Numbered from the stretch's first letter, positions 1-8,993 are shown. The stretch: 15,368 bases of DNA from Candidatus Jordarchaeia archaeon (GCA_018383835.1 JAHAWR010000017.1:1-15368), one strand, 5' to 3'. Notes: generated by a model not told the origin, from the sequence alone. A program made the numbers and translations.

Positions 1-1208
1 GATTCAACAATAAAACTTCTCTTTTTTATTCGATTGTTGCTTGCACCTGCTTCTTCCCTCAACTGGTGCCATATTTCTACAACCTGCGCCGCTCCGCTCG
101 CTCCGACTGGGTGTCCCTTCGCCTTCAGCCCGCCTGAAGTGTTTATCGGTTTCTCCCCGTCTCTCCTCGTCAACCCTTCCTCGACAGCTTTTCCTCCCTC
201 ACCGGGTTTAAAGAATCCCAAATCTTCTGTTGCAACTATCTCCGCTATGGTGAAGCAGTCATGCACCTCGGCTATTTGGATGTCTTTCGGCTTCAGGCCA
301 GCCATACGATATGCTTCACTAGCAGCGATCCTTGTCGCTCTGAGTGAAGTGAACTCATCTCTGTCATGGAGGGCAAGCGAGTCACTGCCTTGCCCCGTCC
401 CAATTACATGTATCGGGGTGTCTGTGAACTTTCTCGCCACCTCATCGGCTACTAGGATCACGGCTGACGCCCCATCGGTAATTGGACTACAATCGAAGAG
501 TCTGAGCGGCCATGCCACAACGGGGTTTGCTACAGGGTCACTTAGAAATTCCATTTCGTCCCTCCAGCTTGGAACGGGAAGCCCCTTAGCTTTTGCCCTC
601 TCAATTCTTGCCTTCATTATGTCCCTTATCGTGGATCGGAACTGTGCCTTCGGATTTAAGGCTCCGTTCTCGTGGTTTTTAATCCCAACCATCCTCAACT
701 GCTTAATAGTCGTCCCGTACTTCCTCATGTGAGCGTTCGCTATCTCCGCATACAACCCTGGAAAGGTTGCACCTGCAGGAAACTCGTACATCACATCTGC
801 AGCTGACGCCAGCACATCAGTCACTCTTGACGTCTCGAAGTTAGTCATCTTCTCAACCCCCCCGACACACACGACATCATGCACCCCTGAAGCCACCGCC
901 AGTACGCCCAGCCTAAAAGCCACACCACTACTCGCACAAGCGTCCTCTATCCTCATCGCAGGGGCAGGCGTTATCCCAACCATGTCAGCCATGAGAGGGC
1001 CAATGTGCACTTGCCCCTCGAAAATGTCATTAGAAAAGTTTCCTAAGAAGAGCGCCTCAATTTCCTTCACTTCTATTCCGTTATCCACACTGTTAACCGC
1101 CTCAATAAAAGCCTCCACGAAAAGCTCCCTAGTCGTCTTATCCGGGAAGGCCCCAAACTCGCTCATGCCGGCCCCTATCACCGCCACGCCTCTCGCCAAT
1201 TTCCCCAT
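1..1208 (-). CDS. Thiolase (acetyl-CoA C-acetyltransferase, archaeal type); 3' end runs off the left edge of the window
   Basis: Absent from the supplied ORF track because it is open at the window edge. Read on the reverse complement from ATG (1208-1206), it gives MGKLARGVAVIGAGMSEFGAFPDKTTRELFVEAF...RIEDACASSGVAF...VGGVEKM...NPKAQF...FDCSPITDGASAVILV...EVHDCFTIAEI...NTSGGLKAKGHPVGASGAAQVVEIWHQLR, with no stop down to position 1. The EDACASS active-site Cys context, HDCF and GHPxGASG are thiolase hallmarks. GGAGGTGG lies 5 nt upstream of the ATG. Confidence 0.9.
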   Translation of the reverse strand, partial: MGKLARGVAVIGAGMSEFGAFPDKTTRELFVEAFIEAVNSVDNGIEVKEIEALFLGNFSNDIFEGQVHIGPLMADMVGITPAPAMRIEDACASSGVAFRLGVLAVASGVHDVVCVGGVEKMTNFETSRVTDVLASAADVMYEFPAGATFPGLYAEIANAHMRKYGTTIKQLRMVGIKNHENGALNPKAQFRSTIRDIMKARIERAKAKGLPVPSWRDEMEFLSDPVANPVVAWPLRLFDCSPITDGASAVILVADEVARKFTDTPIHVIGTGQGSDSLALHDRDEFTSLRATRIAASEAYRMAGLKPKDIQIAEVHDCFTIAEIVATEDLGFFKPGEGGKAVEEGLTRRDGEKPINTSGGLKAKGHPVGASGAAQVVEIWHQLREEAGASNNRIKKRSFIVE

Positions 1209-1292
1209 CAAAACCACCTCCGGAATAGCAGAGCGATACCTCTAGCCTTCCACCCACTTTTACGTGTCCAACCAATAAAGTTGGGTGGCTGA

Positions 1293-1641
<349 letters not shown>

Positions 1642-1731
1642 GAGAGAATTCAATATATAGTGGTAACTTTAATATTCTCAAATAAACACTTTTAGAATTT
1701 GCGCATCCTTGTGAAGAAAGGGGTTGTCTTC

Positions 1732-2613
1732 ATGGTTAAACCCAGACTTTATGTTGACGAGAGTAGTCCGCCGATATCCGATAACCTTTACGAGAAAATA
1801 ACCGCTCACAGGAAGCTTTACAGGAAGCTCGTCTTCTCCGGGAAGGCCGTCAAGCGCCTCAGGGGGATTTTATCTCCCAGCGACTTAATGAAGATGCTCA
1901 GGGGAGAAGGAGGAAAGCTTAAGCGCTTCGACATAATGCTTGAAACGTACAGTGATAGTGAAACCGGAAGTAAAGTTAAATCTTTCTTTGATGAAATATG
2001 CGAGAAGCATCAACCTCAAAAGGTGGCGATTCAGCTTCCATCGGAGAATGAGGAAGCTGACTCGCTGAAACTCGGCTTAAGCTGGGAGAACGTCTCGTTT
2101 AACGCGTGGGAGATCATAGAGCGGCTATATAGTTTAGTGGAGGAGACTTTCTACGCTAACTTCGAATTCGAGGACGACGAGAAAGTGGTGTTAGCCGTCA
2201 GCCTTCCTGTTCCTTTCGAAGAAGAGAAAAAGCAATTCTACCTTGTGGAGCTCGTCACTCCATTCAAGGCGAGGTACCCTAACGGGGAAGAAAGAACCCT
2301 GACAAAAATTTCATCACTCGTTGAGGAGGTCATCAGTAACCCGAACGTGATCCCGAACTTCTTTGTAATTGGCCGAGGCGGCATGTGGAAGCCTATGATA
2401 ACTGTCGGATGGTCTTTTGATGATGGGCGACTGCTTGTGCGGATCCCCGAGTGGGAGGGCAAGGGTGGCATAGAGTTCATCTTAGACCCCCTCAGCGGCG
2501 AAGTCCAACTAATCAAGGGGGAGCTAAAAGTTAAGAAGGGAGGTAAAGTTGGAGACATAACGCTCGACATGGTGCACTTTGTGGAGCTAGGGGGTGACGA
2601 GCTCTCAAGCTAA
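1732..2613 (+). CDS. Hypothetical protein (no recognisable domain)
   Basis: The ORF track gives 1699..2613 with a TTG start. I prefer ATG 1732 (MVKPRLYVDESS...), which has AAAGGGG about 10 nt upstream. It is a long open frame with E/K/V/L-rich composition like its neighbours. The stop overlaps the convergent gene by 4 nt. Confidence 0.7.
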   Translation: MVKPRLYVDESSPPISDNLYEKITAHRKLYRKLVFSGKAVKRLRGILSPSDLMKMLRGEGGKLKRFDIMLETYSDSETGSKVKSFFDEICEKHQPQKVAIQLPSENEEADSLKLGLSWENVSFNAWEIIERLYSLVEETFYANFEFEDDEKVVLAVSLPVPFEEEKKQFYLVELVTPFKARYPNGEERTLTKISSLVEEVISNPNVIPNFFVIGRGGMWKPMITVGWSFDDGRLLVRIPEWEGKGGIEFILDPLSGEVQLIKGELKVKKGGKVGDITLDMVHFVELGGDELSS

Positions 2614-3101
2614 CTTTCGTTGAACCATGGTGTGTCAGCGTTCTCGTCGACGTCTACGCTCACCCACTCGGCTCCTTTTCTAGGATCCAACTCGTGTAGG
2701 ACTCTTGTGAAGCTTACAGACTTGCATGTAAAGCAGTAAGCCTCAACGATAAATCCTTCCAAAATGTAGAACCAAGCTCTTCCCCCGTCAAATATACGTC
2801 CTTCAGATATTTCGTATTCTATGATTTCTCCATTTTCACCGATATGGTTCTCGATGACCGCTTTAACGACGCCGCGTGCTTCGAGATAAATTCTCCTTGC
2901 ATCCCCCCTATTTTTAGGGAAGATATTTGTAGAAAACGTCATGTATCCCTCTCTGGAAGCGCGATTAAACTTGGCCGTTTCATAAAGGGCGTTTTCTTTT
3001 CCAAACTTCTCCTTCAAAGTTAAGAGCATTCTCTCGCTCAGTGAAACGTGCACATAATCCTTAGGGGAAAAGTCTGCCACCCCCCTTCTCTTAGGAAGCA
3101 A
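2610..3101 (-). CDS. Hypothetical protein (no recognisable domain)
   Basis: 163-aa ORF with a TTG start at 3101. In-frame GTG 3080 and ATG 3029 are alternative starts. Composition is typical of coding sequence here. I recognise no motif. Confidence 0.6.
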   Translation of the reverse strand: MLPKRRGVADFSPKDYVHVSLSERMLLTLKEKFGKENALYETAKFNRASREGYMTFSTNIFPKNRGDARRIYLEARGVVKAVIENHIGENGEIIEYEISEGRIFDGGRAWFYILEGFIVEAYCFTCKSVSFTRVLHELDPRKGAEWVSVDVDENADTPWFNES

Positions 3102-3146
3102 CCGTAAGATTAAATTTGCTCTTCAAGATTACTTGTTGGCAACAGA

Positions 3147-3161
3147 GTTAAAGGCTTTAAC
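3147..3161. promoter_or_regulatory. Perfect palindrome GTTAAAG-G-CTTTAAC in the divergent promoter region
   Basis: 7-bp arms with a 1-nt spacer, followed by GGTTAAC. It lies about 35 bp upstream of the 3195 start and is A/T-rich enough to overlap a TATA element. Confidence 0.3.
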
Positions 3162-3194
3162 GGTTAACGCGCGAGCAAAGCTGAAAAACCGGTG

Positions 3195-5018
3195 ATGAGC
3201 TTGTCCCTCAGGCTAGAGGGTATAGCGCGCCTCTACAATAACCTCTTCACTCTCCCCTCCTCCCCCCTAGTCTTCACGCTAACCATCTTGGCACATGCAG
3301 CCATCGGCTCACTCCTCTTCTCTCTTCAATACCCCCTATGCGGGCTAACAGGGGCAATGGATGGTGTCCTCTGGGGGCTTGCCTCGTTGCTTCCTGCATC
3401 CCTCACATCAATTCCTTTCTCAGCCATTGCTGCTAATGGAAAAGTGAGCGTTTGGAGCCTGAGGCGCCTCACGGGCCTCTCTTTTTTCTCTCTAGTATTC
3501 TGGGGCCTCCCAGCTCTACTTGGCGTAGCTTTACACACTTATTTACCAGACGCGCCCATCCTAGGATTAGTGTTAGGTTTGGGGTTAATGTCATTTCTCA
3601 GGATGCTTGTTTTCAGGGGGGTGTCGTACCTCAGCTTTGTGAGATCTTTCGTCTCCTCCTCGACTCAGCCCCTCTTAATGGTGGCCGCACTTATTCTCTC
3701 AAACTTCATTCATCTCTCCCCCACGCTCCTCGTGGTTTTCGTCGCCGCGTGGGTGCTGCTTGCGGCTGTAGGCTACCTTTACCTTCACATCATAGACAAA
3801 ACCGTTGAAAGAGAACTGGGCGTTGGGGGGCTACGCCTACTTTACGGCTTCATGGCGGAGTGGCTTTCAGAGGAGTCCCAGCCTCTAGAGGAAGTTCTCG
3901 CCGAATTAGGCTCGGTGGAGGAACATAAAGTGCTGGTGTTAAGCTTTGTCGGTCAGGGAAAGCCCGCCGCGTCAATAATCGTCCCAATGGTTCACCCTGG
4001 TCCATTCAGAAAGGTTGGAGGAGCTACTCTCCCTCACATAGTCGCCAGCATCTTCGAGGATCAGGTTGGTGGATTAGTGGGAGTTGCTCACGGTGCATCC
4101 ACGCACGCCCAAAATCCTGTGTCCAGATCCGAGTCGGTCAGGTTGGCAAACGAGGTTGTTGAGGCTGTCCGCTCCAGTAGCCTTAAGCCGGGTAGACCCG
4201 TAAGCACACTAATTCACGTTGAGCGCCGCTCTGTCAGAGTTGGTTGCCAGCTCTTCGGTGACCTAGCTCTGTTCACTTTAAGTCTTACGCCATGCGGCTA
4301 CGACGACGTGCATCCTAGCGTGCTGACAAAGCTTTCAAAAAGCTTGGAAGACGAGTGGGGGGGAAAAGTCTTCCTGATAGACGCTCACAGTGCAAGTGAA
4401 GGTGGCCTCGAGCTGGATCCTTTAACCCCTGATGCAGAGTTGGTTGAGGAGTTGATTGCCGCGGCAAGCGAGGCACTTAAAAAGGCTAAGACGCTTGCGG
4501 TCAGCCGTAGCGTTAAGGCTGGAGGGGGACGTGCGAGCGTCAAGGGTGCCGGGTTGAAGGAGGGAATAGGAAGCGGCGGCGTCTTCTCTCTCTTAGTGGA
4601 GGTCGAGGGACACGTTGCATGCTACATTATAGTGGATGGAAACAACATGGTGCCTGGGCTTAGGGAAGCAATAAAGCGAAAAGTAGAAGAGCTTGGAGTG
4701 CAAGCTGTAGAGGTGCTGACGAGTGACAGCCACGAAACAAACGCCATCTCTCTTGGTGAAAGAGGCTCAAACCCTGTGGGTCTTTCCATTGACTGGGATG
4801 CAGTAATCGAGGCAGTGCTGGAATCGGTCGCGGACGCGAAGGAGAACTTGACGGAAACTGAGCCAATGTACTCCATCAGAGAAGTTAGGTTGAAGGTCAT
4901 AGGAGAAAGCTCGATGGCGAAGCTTTCATCCTCAATGCATAGGGCAGTCTCTCTAGCAAAAAAAGCCGCGATAATCCCCCTACTATCTCTCCTAGCCCTT
5001 ACACTCTTCTTCCTGTAA
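3195..5018 (+). CDS. Large polytopic membrane protein with a central soluble His/Asp-motif domain (DUF2070/COG3356-like, from recollection only)
   Basis: The ORF track gives GTG 3192; ATG is at 3195. The N-terminal ~200 aa are several hydrophobic helices, and there is a C-terminal anchor AAIIPLLSLLALTLFFL. The central domain carries PMVHPGPF, GVAHGASTH, IDAHSA, IVDGNN and TSDSHETN. Confidence 0.8.
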   Translation: MSLSLRLEGIARLYNNLFTLPSSPLVFTLTILAHAAIGSLLFSLQYPLCGLTGAMDGVLWGLASLLPASLTSIPFSAIAANGKVSVWSLRRLTGLSFFSLVFWGLPALLGVALHTYLPDAPILGLVLGLGLMSFLRMLVFRGVSYLSFVRSFVSSSTQPLLMVAALILSNFIHLSPTLLVVFVAAWVLLAAVGYLYLHIIDKTVERELGVGGLRLLYGFMAEWLSEESQPLEEVLAELGSVEEHKVLVLSFVGQGKPAASIIVPMVHPGPFRKVGGATLPHIVASIFEDQVGGLVGVAHGASTHAQNPVSRSESVRLANEVVEAVRSSSLKPGRPVSTLIHVERRSVRVGCQLFGDLALFTLSLTPCGYDDVHPSVLTKLSKSLEDEWGGKVFLIDAHSASEGGLELDPLTPDAELVEELIAAASEALKKAKTLAVSRSVKAGGGRASVKGAGLKEGIGSGGVFSLLVEVEGHVACYIIVDGNNMVPGLREAIKRKVEELGVQAVEVLTSDSHETNAISLGERGSNPVGLSIDWDAVIEAVLESVADAKENLTETEPMYSIREVRLKVIGESSMAKLSSSMHRAVSLAKKAAIIPLLSLLALTLFFL

Positions 5019-5091
5019 ATGCTTCCTAAATCAACTTCTCTTTGACCTAATTCCAGCATTGTTTTATCTCTAGTAAACTTTTTTAGTTAGT

Positions 5092-5111
5092 GTTGCTAGA
5101 CTCCTAGCAAC
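5092..5111. promoter_or_regulatory. Perfect inverted repeat GTTGCTAG-ACTC-CTAGCAAC upstream of the oxidoreductase operon
   Basis: 8-bp arms with a 4-nt spacer. It sits between A/T-rich TATA-like sequence (5061-5087) and the GGAAAGGAGGAGG ribosome-binding site (5125-5137). Confidence 0.35.
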
Positions 5112-5152
5112 CCTTAGAGAATCGGAAAGGAGGAGGCAATCATTTGAGGGAA

Positions 5153-5698
5153 ATGGTGGAGGTACGGTTTCACGGCAGAGGCGGGCAAGGCGTCGTCACA
5201 GCTAGTCGCCTGCTCGCTGAGGCAGCACTCCTCGAGGGTAAAAGGGTGCAGGGCTTCCCCGCCTTTGGTGCTGAGAGGGAAGGGGCACCTATAAGAGCCT
5301 TCACGAGGATAAGCAGCAACCCCATCCGTGTAAGGTCGCAGATATACACCCCAGACGTAGTCGTCGTGCTTGACCCCACGGTGATCAGAGCTGAAAAAGT
5401 GACAGAGGGGCTAAAAGACGACGGCTGGCTCATAGCCAACACAACAAAAGAGCCAGAGGAACTTAAGGCGGGACTGGCAACCAAGGCGAAAGTCGTAACG
5501 GTTGACGCGACACGCATAGCCCTAGAGCTTCTGGGCGCCCCAAGAGTTAACACGCCAATACTTGGCACCCTAGTGAAGGCCACTCAGCTGGTCAAACTCG
5601 ACTCGGTGATCAAAGTCGTGAAATCCACTTTCAGCGGAAGGTTGGCTGAGGTCAACATTAAGGCTGTTGAGCGAGCCTACCATGAAGCAAAAATTTGA
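5153..5698 (+). CDS. porG: 2-oxoacid (pyruvate/2-ketoisovalerate):ferredoxin oxidoreductase, gamma subunit
   Basis: MVEVRFHGRGGQGVVTASRLLAEAALLEGKRVQGFPAFGAEREGAPIRAF is the canonical gamma-subunit N-terminus. The ORF track starts at TTG 5144, which is better spaced from the GGAGGAGG motif; ATG 5153 matches the usual N-terminus. The substrate (pyruvate or branched 2-oxoacid) cannot be decided from sequence alone. Confidence 0.9.
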   Translation: MVEVRFHGRGGQGVVTASRLLAEAALLEGKRVQGFPAFGAEREGAPIRAFTRISSNPIRVRSQIYTPDVVVVLDPTVIRAEKVTEGLKDDGWLIANTTKEPEELKAGLATKAKVVTVDATRIALELLGAPRVNTPILGTLVKATQLVKLDSVIKVVKSTFSGRLAEVNIKAVERAYHEAKI

Positions 5699-5707
5699 GG
5701 AGGTGGG

Positions 5708-5992
5708 GTGTTGAAGACGTGGGATGAAGTGCCATTCGCCGGCTACATACTTGAGCCGGGCAACGCTGAAAGCTATAAGACTGGCGATTGGAGGTCGAGG
5801 CAGAAACCCGTTCTCAGCCAGGAGAAATGCACCTTCTGCCTCCTATGCTGGATTTACTGCCCAGACGGCGCCATAGTCAGAAAGGAGGACGCTGTGGAAA
5901 TTGACTATTACCACTGCAAGGGATGCGGAATATGTTCCTATGAGTGCCCTTCTGGTGCCATAAGAATGAAAAGTGAATTAGAAGAGACTTAA
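5708..5992 (+). CDS. porD: 2-oxoacid:ferredoxin oxidoreductase, delta subunit (2x[4Fe-4S] ferredoxin-like)
   Basis: Two cluster motifs, CTFCLLCWIYCP and CKGCGICSYECP. GGAGGTGG lies just upstream. Its position between the gamma and alpha genes fits the operon. Confidence 0.9.
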   Translation: MLKTWDEVPFAGYILEPGNAESYKTGDWRSRQKPVLSQEKCTFCLLCWIYCPDGAIVRKEDAVEIDYYHCKGCGICSYECPSGAIRMKSELEET

Positions 5993-6005
5993 GGAGGTTT
6001 AAAAA

Positions 6006-7208
6006 ATGGTGGCGGGAATGGTTTTAGCCCTTAACGGTGACGAGGCTGCTGCTTACGCTGTCAAGCAGTGCAAGCCGGATGTTATAGCCGCATACCCCAT
6101 AACCCCACAAACTATAATCGTTGAGCGGTTAAGCGAATTTGTCGCGGATGGTGAGCTGGACGCCGAGTTTATTTCAGCTGAATCTGAGCATTCTGCGCTG
6201 AGCGCTTGCATAGGCGCCTCAGCTATGGGTGCCAGAACTTACACAGCCACGGCATCGCAAGGCTTGGCCCTTATGTACGAGATGCTATTCGTCGCCTCCT
6301 CGTTTAGGTTGCCTATAGTGATGAGCGTCGCCAACAGGGCTCTGAACTCGCCTCTCAACATCTGGAACGACATGAGTGACACTATGGGGGCGAGGGACTG
6401 CGGCTGGATCCAAATATACAACGAGAATGCTCAGGAGGTCTACGACTTCACTATTCAAGCATTCAGGATAGCGGAGGATCACGGTGTTCTCCTTCCGGTT
6501 ATGGTATGCCATGATGGCTTCATCGTAAGCCACTCCACAGAAGGCGTCGAAACGCTGAGCGACAGCGAGGTGGACTCCTTTCTGCCTCCGAGGGATCCCG
6601 TTTACCCACTGGACGTCGAGAGGCCGGTGACCATAGGCTGCGTCGGGGTCCCAGAATACTACCCGGAAATAAAATACCAGCAAGAAGTAGCCACTAAGAA
6701 ATCCATCAGTAAGATAAAGGAGATAATGAACGAGTTCAACGAGGACTTTGGAAGAAACTATGGAATAATTGAGGAGTACCGTATGGAGGACGCCGAAGTA
6801 GCTATCCTGACAATAGGGAGCGCCAGCGGGACGGCCAAAGATGCCGTAGACGAAATGAGAACTGAAGGTAAACCTGTAGGATTACTGAAGTTAAGACTCT
6901 TCCGCCCTCTCCCAGTTAAAGACCTCAGAAAGGCTCTGAGTGACGTAAAGGTGGTTGGGGTAGTCGACAGGCACATAAGCTTCGGAGCCCTAGGTGGCGC
7001 ATTGAACATGGAGGTCAGAGCTGCCCTCTACGAGATGAAAGATAGACCACACGTCATGGGGTTCCCCACAGGACTCGGTGGACGAGACATACGAGTAGAA
7101 CACTTCATCAAAATCGCAGACGAGCTCCTAAAGATAGCTGAGCGGGACATGCTTGAAGAAGACTACAGGGTGGTCGGCTGCCGGGGGCCGGGATGTATAG
7201 GCCCATGA
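6006..7208 (+). CDS. porA: 2-oxoacid:ferredoxin oxidoreductase, alpha subunit
   Basis: LNGDEAAAYAVKQCKPDVIAAYPITPQT...SEHSALSACIGASAMGARTYTATASQGLALM is a typical POR/VOR alpha N-terminal domain. AAGGAGGT lies 8 nt upstream of the ATG. Confidence 0.92.
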   Translation: MVAGMVLALNGDEAAAYAVKQCKPDVIAAYPITPQTIIVERLSEFVADGELDAEFISAESEHSALSACIGASAMGARTYTATASQGLALMYEMLFVASSFRLPIVMSVANRALNSPLNIWNDMSDTMGARDCGWIQIYNENAQEVYDFTIQAFRIAEDHGVLLPVMVCHDGFIVSHSTEGVETLSDSEVDSFLPPRDPVYPLDVERPVTIGCVGVPEYYPEIKYQQEVATKKSISKIKEIMNEFNEDFGRNYGIIEEYRMEDAEVAILTIGSASGTAKDAVDEMRTEGKPVGLLKLRLFRPLPVKDLRKALSDVKVVGVVDRHISFGALGGALNMEVRAALYEMKDRPHVMGFPTGLGGRDIRVEHFIKIADELLKIAERDMLEEDYRVVGCRGPGCIGP

Positions 7209-7218
7209 GGTGGTAATT

Positions 7219-8139
7219 ATGGCTCTAAAGTCCTTACCTTTACACGAGTACCTCTCACCTGGACACAGGCTTTGTGCAGGATGCGGCGAGGGAGTAACAA
7301 TAAGGCAAATACTGAAAGCCTTCGACGAGCCACCAATAATTTGCAACGCTACCTCCTGTCTCGAGGTTTCAACGACTCCCTTCCCCTACACTGCTTGGAG
7401 AACACCGTGGATCCATCCAGCCTTCGAGTGCACGGGTGCCGTGGCGGCAGGAATAGAAGCAGCCCAAAAAGCCCTAATACGCAAGGGTAGGAAAAAGAAG
7501 TGGAACGTAGTACTAGGCCTAGCGGGCGACGGGGGAACCTACGACATAGGTCTACAAGCGCTCTCCGGAGCCCTAGAAAGAGGCCACAAGTTCATCTACG
7601 TCTGCTACACTAATGACGCCTATATGAACACGGGCATACAGCGCTCAGGCGCAACGCCAAAAGCAGCGTGGACCACCACAAGCCCAGCAGGGAGAGTGAT
7701 CCCGGGAAAAACTGAATGGCAAAAGGACCTCATGAAAATAGTCGTGGCGCACGACATACCCTACGCTGCAACCGTAAGCGCTTCATACCCCATGGATCTC
7801 CAAAGGAAAATGAGGAAAACCATACAAGCAGATGGCCCAGCCTTCATCCTAGCCCTGTCACCATGTCCCAGAGGATGGAGGACGCCACCCCACCTAACAA
7901 TAGAACTGGGGCGACTGGCAGTCCAAACCTGTATGTTCCCCCTCTACGAGGTAGAAAACGGGCAGTACAGAGTCACGATGAAGCCAAAGCGGAAACTCCC
8001 AGTAGAGTACTACCTCCGACCACAAGGGCGCTTCAGACACCTCTTCACACCAAAAACCAGACAAGACATAATCAGTGAGATACAAGCACACGTCGACAAA
8101 AAATGGGAGGAATTACAAAGACTAGAACAATTAACGTAA
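7219..8139 (+). CDS. porB: 2-oxoacid:ferredoxin oxidoreductase, beta subunit (TPP and [4Fe-4S] binding)
   Basis: MALKSLPLHEYLSPGHRLCAGCGEG, then the GDGGTYDIG TPP-binding motif and SPCPRGW. The ORF track starts at GTG 7210. ATG 7219 has GGTGG 5 nt upstream and gives the usual N-terminus. Confidence 0.92.
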   Translation: MALKSLPLHEYLSPGHRLCAGCGEGVTIRQILKAFDEPPIICNATSCLEVSTTPFPYTAWRTPWIHPAFECTGAVAAGIEAAQKALIRKGRKKKWNVVLGLAGDGGTYDIGLQALSGALERGHKFIYVCYTNDAYMNTGIQRSGATPKAAWTTTSPAGRVIPGKTEWQKDLMKIVVAHDIPYAATVSASYPMDLQRKMRKTIQADGPAFILALSPCPRGWRTPPHLTIELGRLAVQTCMFPLYEVENGQYRVTMKPKRKLPVEYYLRPQGRFRHLFTPKTRQDIISEIQAHVDKKWEELQRLEQLT

Positions 8140-8161
8140 CAATAAAAACCTGAACTTCCCC

Positions 8162-8166
8162 TTTTT
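8162..8166 (+). terminator. T5 tract after the porB stop (weak call); the opposite strand has T5 at 8144-8148 after the arsM-like stop
   Basis: CCCCTTTTTGC lies downstream of the stop at 8139. The convergent intergenic region is only 44 bp. Confidence 0.3.
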
Positions 8167-8183
8167 GCTGTAGCATCACGTAG

Positions 8184-8993
8184 TTAAGCTGCTTCTTGCT
8201 GAACGCTCTGACGGGGTTTTACCGCCCACACAGTTATGCTGGCAACAGACTCCCTAGCTTCCCTTATTAAGTCGAGGTCTCTAATCACGTTTTCAACAGG
8301 GAACAATGCCTCCATGATTACTCTAACATCCTGAAATCCAGCTTTCTTTATGGTCTCCAAGTACTCCTGTTTTTCCAGTGCACCGGCGATGCATCCAATG
8401 TATGCATCGACTCGGCGTTTCACGTTCTCTGGAAGCTCTTTCAAAAGGACGGTGTCCGAAATGACCAGCCGCCCGCCCGGCTTCAAAACCCTGAAAGCCT
8501 CTCTAAACACCCTCTCTTTATAAGGGGAAAGATTGATCACACAGTTCGAAATGATCACATCGACGGAGCAGTCTTCGACGGGGAGACTCTCTATTTCGCC
8601 AAGCCTAAACTCCACGTTTCCGAAGCCACCCCTCCTAGCGTTCTCCCTTGCCTTCTCGAGCATTTCAGGCGCCATATCCACACCTATAACACGCCCACTC
8701 GCCCCAACTCTCTTAGCGGCAACGAAACAGTCAATCCCTGCACCGCAGCCAAGGTCAAGAACCGTTTCTCCTTCCCTTAAAAGAGCGAAGACAACCGGGT
8801 TACCGCAGCCAAGTCCAAGAATAGCGTCCATAGAGATTCCTCTGAGCTCTTCCTCACTGTACCCTATCTTCCTCATGGCTTCCCACACGTCGCTACCAAA
8901 ACATGGCTGAAAATCGCCGCAACACGACCCGCCTGTCTTGGCAATCATACCATACTTTTCCCTAACAATCTTCTTCACGTCTTCATCCACCAA
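8184..8993 (-). CDS. arsM: Arsenite S-adenosylmethionine methyltransferase-like (ArsM/AS3MT family) class I methyltransferase
   Basis: VREKYGMIAKTGGSCCG...LGLGCGNP...VLDLGCGAGIDCF (SAM motif I)...GVDMAPEML...ISNCVINL...RVLKPGGRLVISD...YIGCIAGAL. The cysteines I recall as As(III) ligands in ArsM are all present: the N-terminal CC, GCGNP, SNCVINL and GCIAGA. The start is TTG 8993 or GTG 8990. Confidence 0.85.
   Translation of the reverse strand: MVDEDVKKIVREKYGMIAKTGGSCCGDFQPCFGSDVWEAMRKIGYSEEELRGISMDAILGLGCGNPVVFALLREGETVLDLGCGAGIDCFVAAKRVGASGRVIGVDMAPEMLEKARENARRGGFGNVEFRLGEIESLPVEDCSVDVIISNCVINLSPYKERVFREAFRVLKPGGRLVISDTVLLKELPENVKRRVDAYIGCIAGALEKQEYLETIKKAGFQDVRVIMEALFPVENVIRDLDLIREARESVASITVWAVKPRQSVQQEAA

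Noticed and set aside
34-1245. ORFs 34..732 (+) and 982..1245 (+)
   Set aside because: They are antisense to a well-supported thiolase CDS on the minus strand, and their S/P/A/L-rich low-complexity products are typical shadow ORFs.
1250-1288. Inverted repeat CCACCCA...TGGGTGG with a nested CCAAC/GTTGG hairpin upstream of the thiolase gene
   Set aside because: The arms are short (5-7 bp) with a long loop, in a promoter/5' UTR region. It is not distinctive enough to call as a regulatory site or RNA gene.
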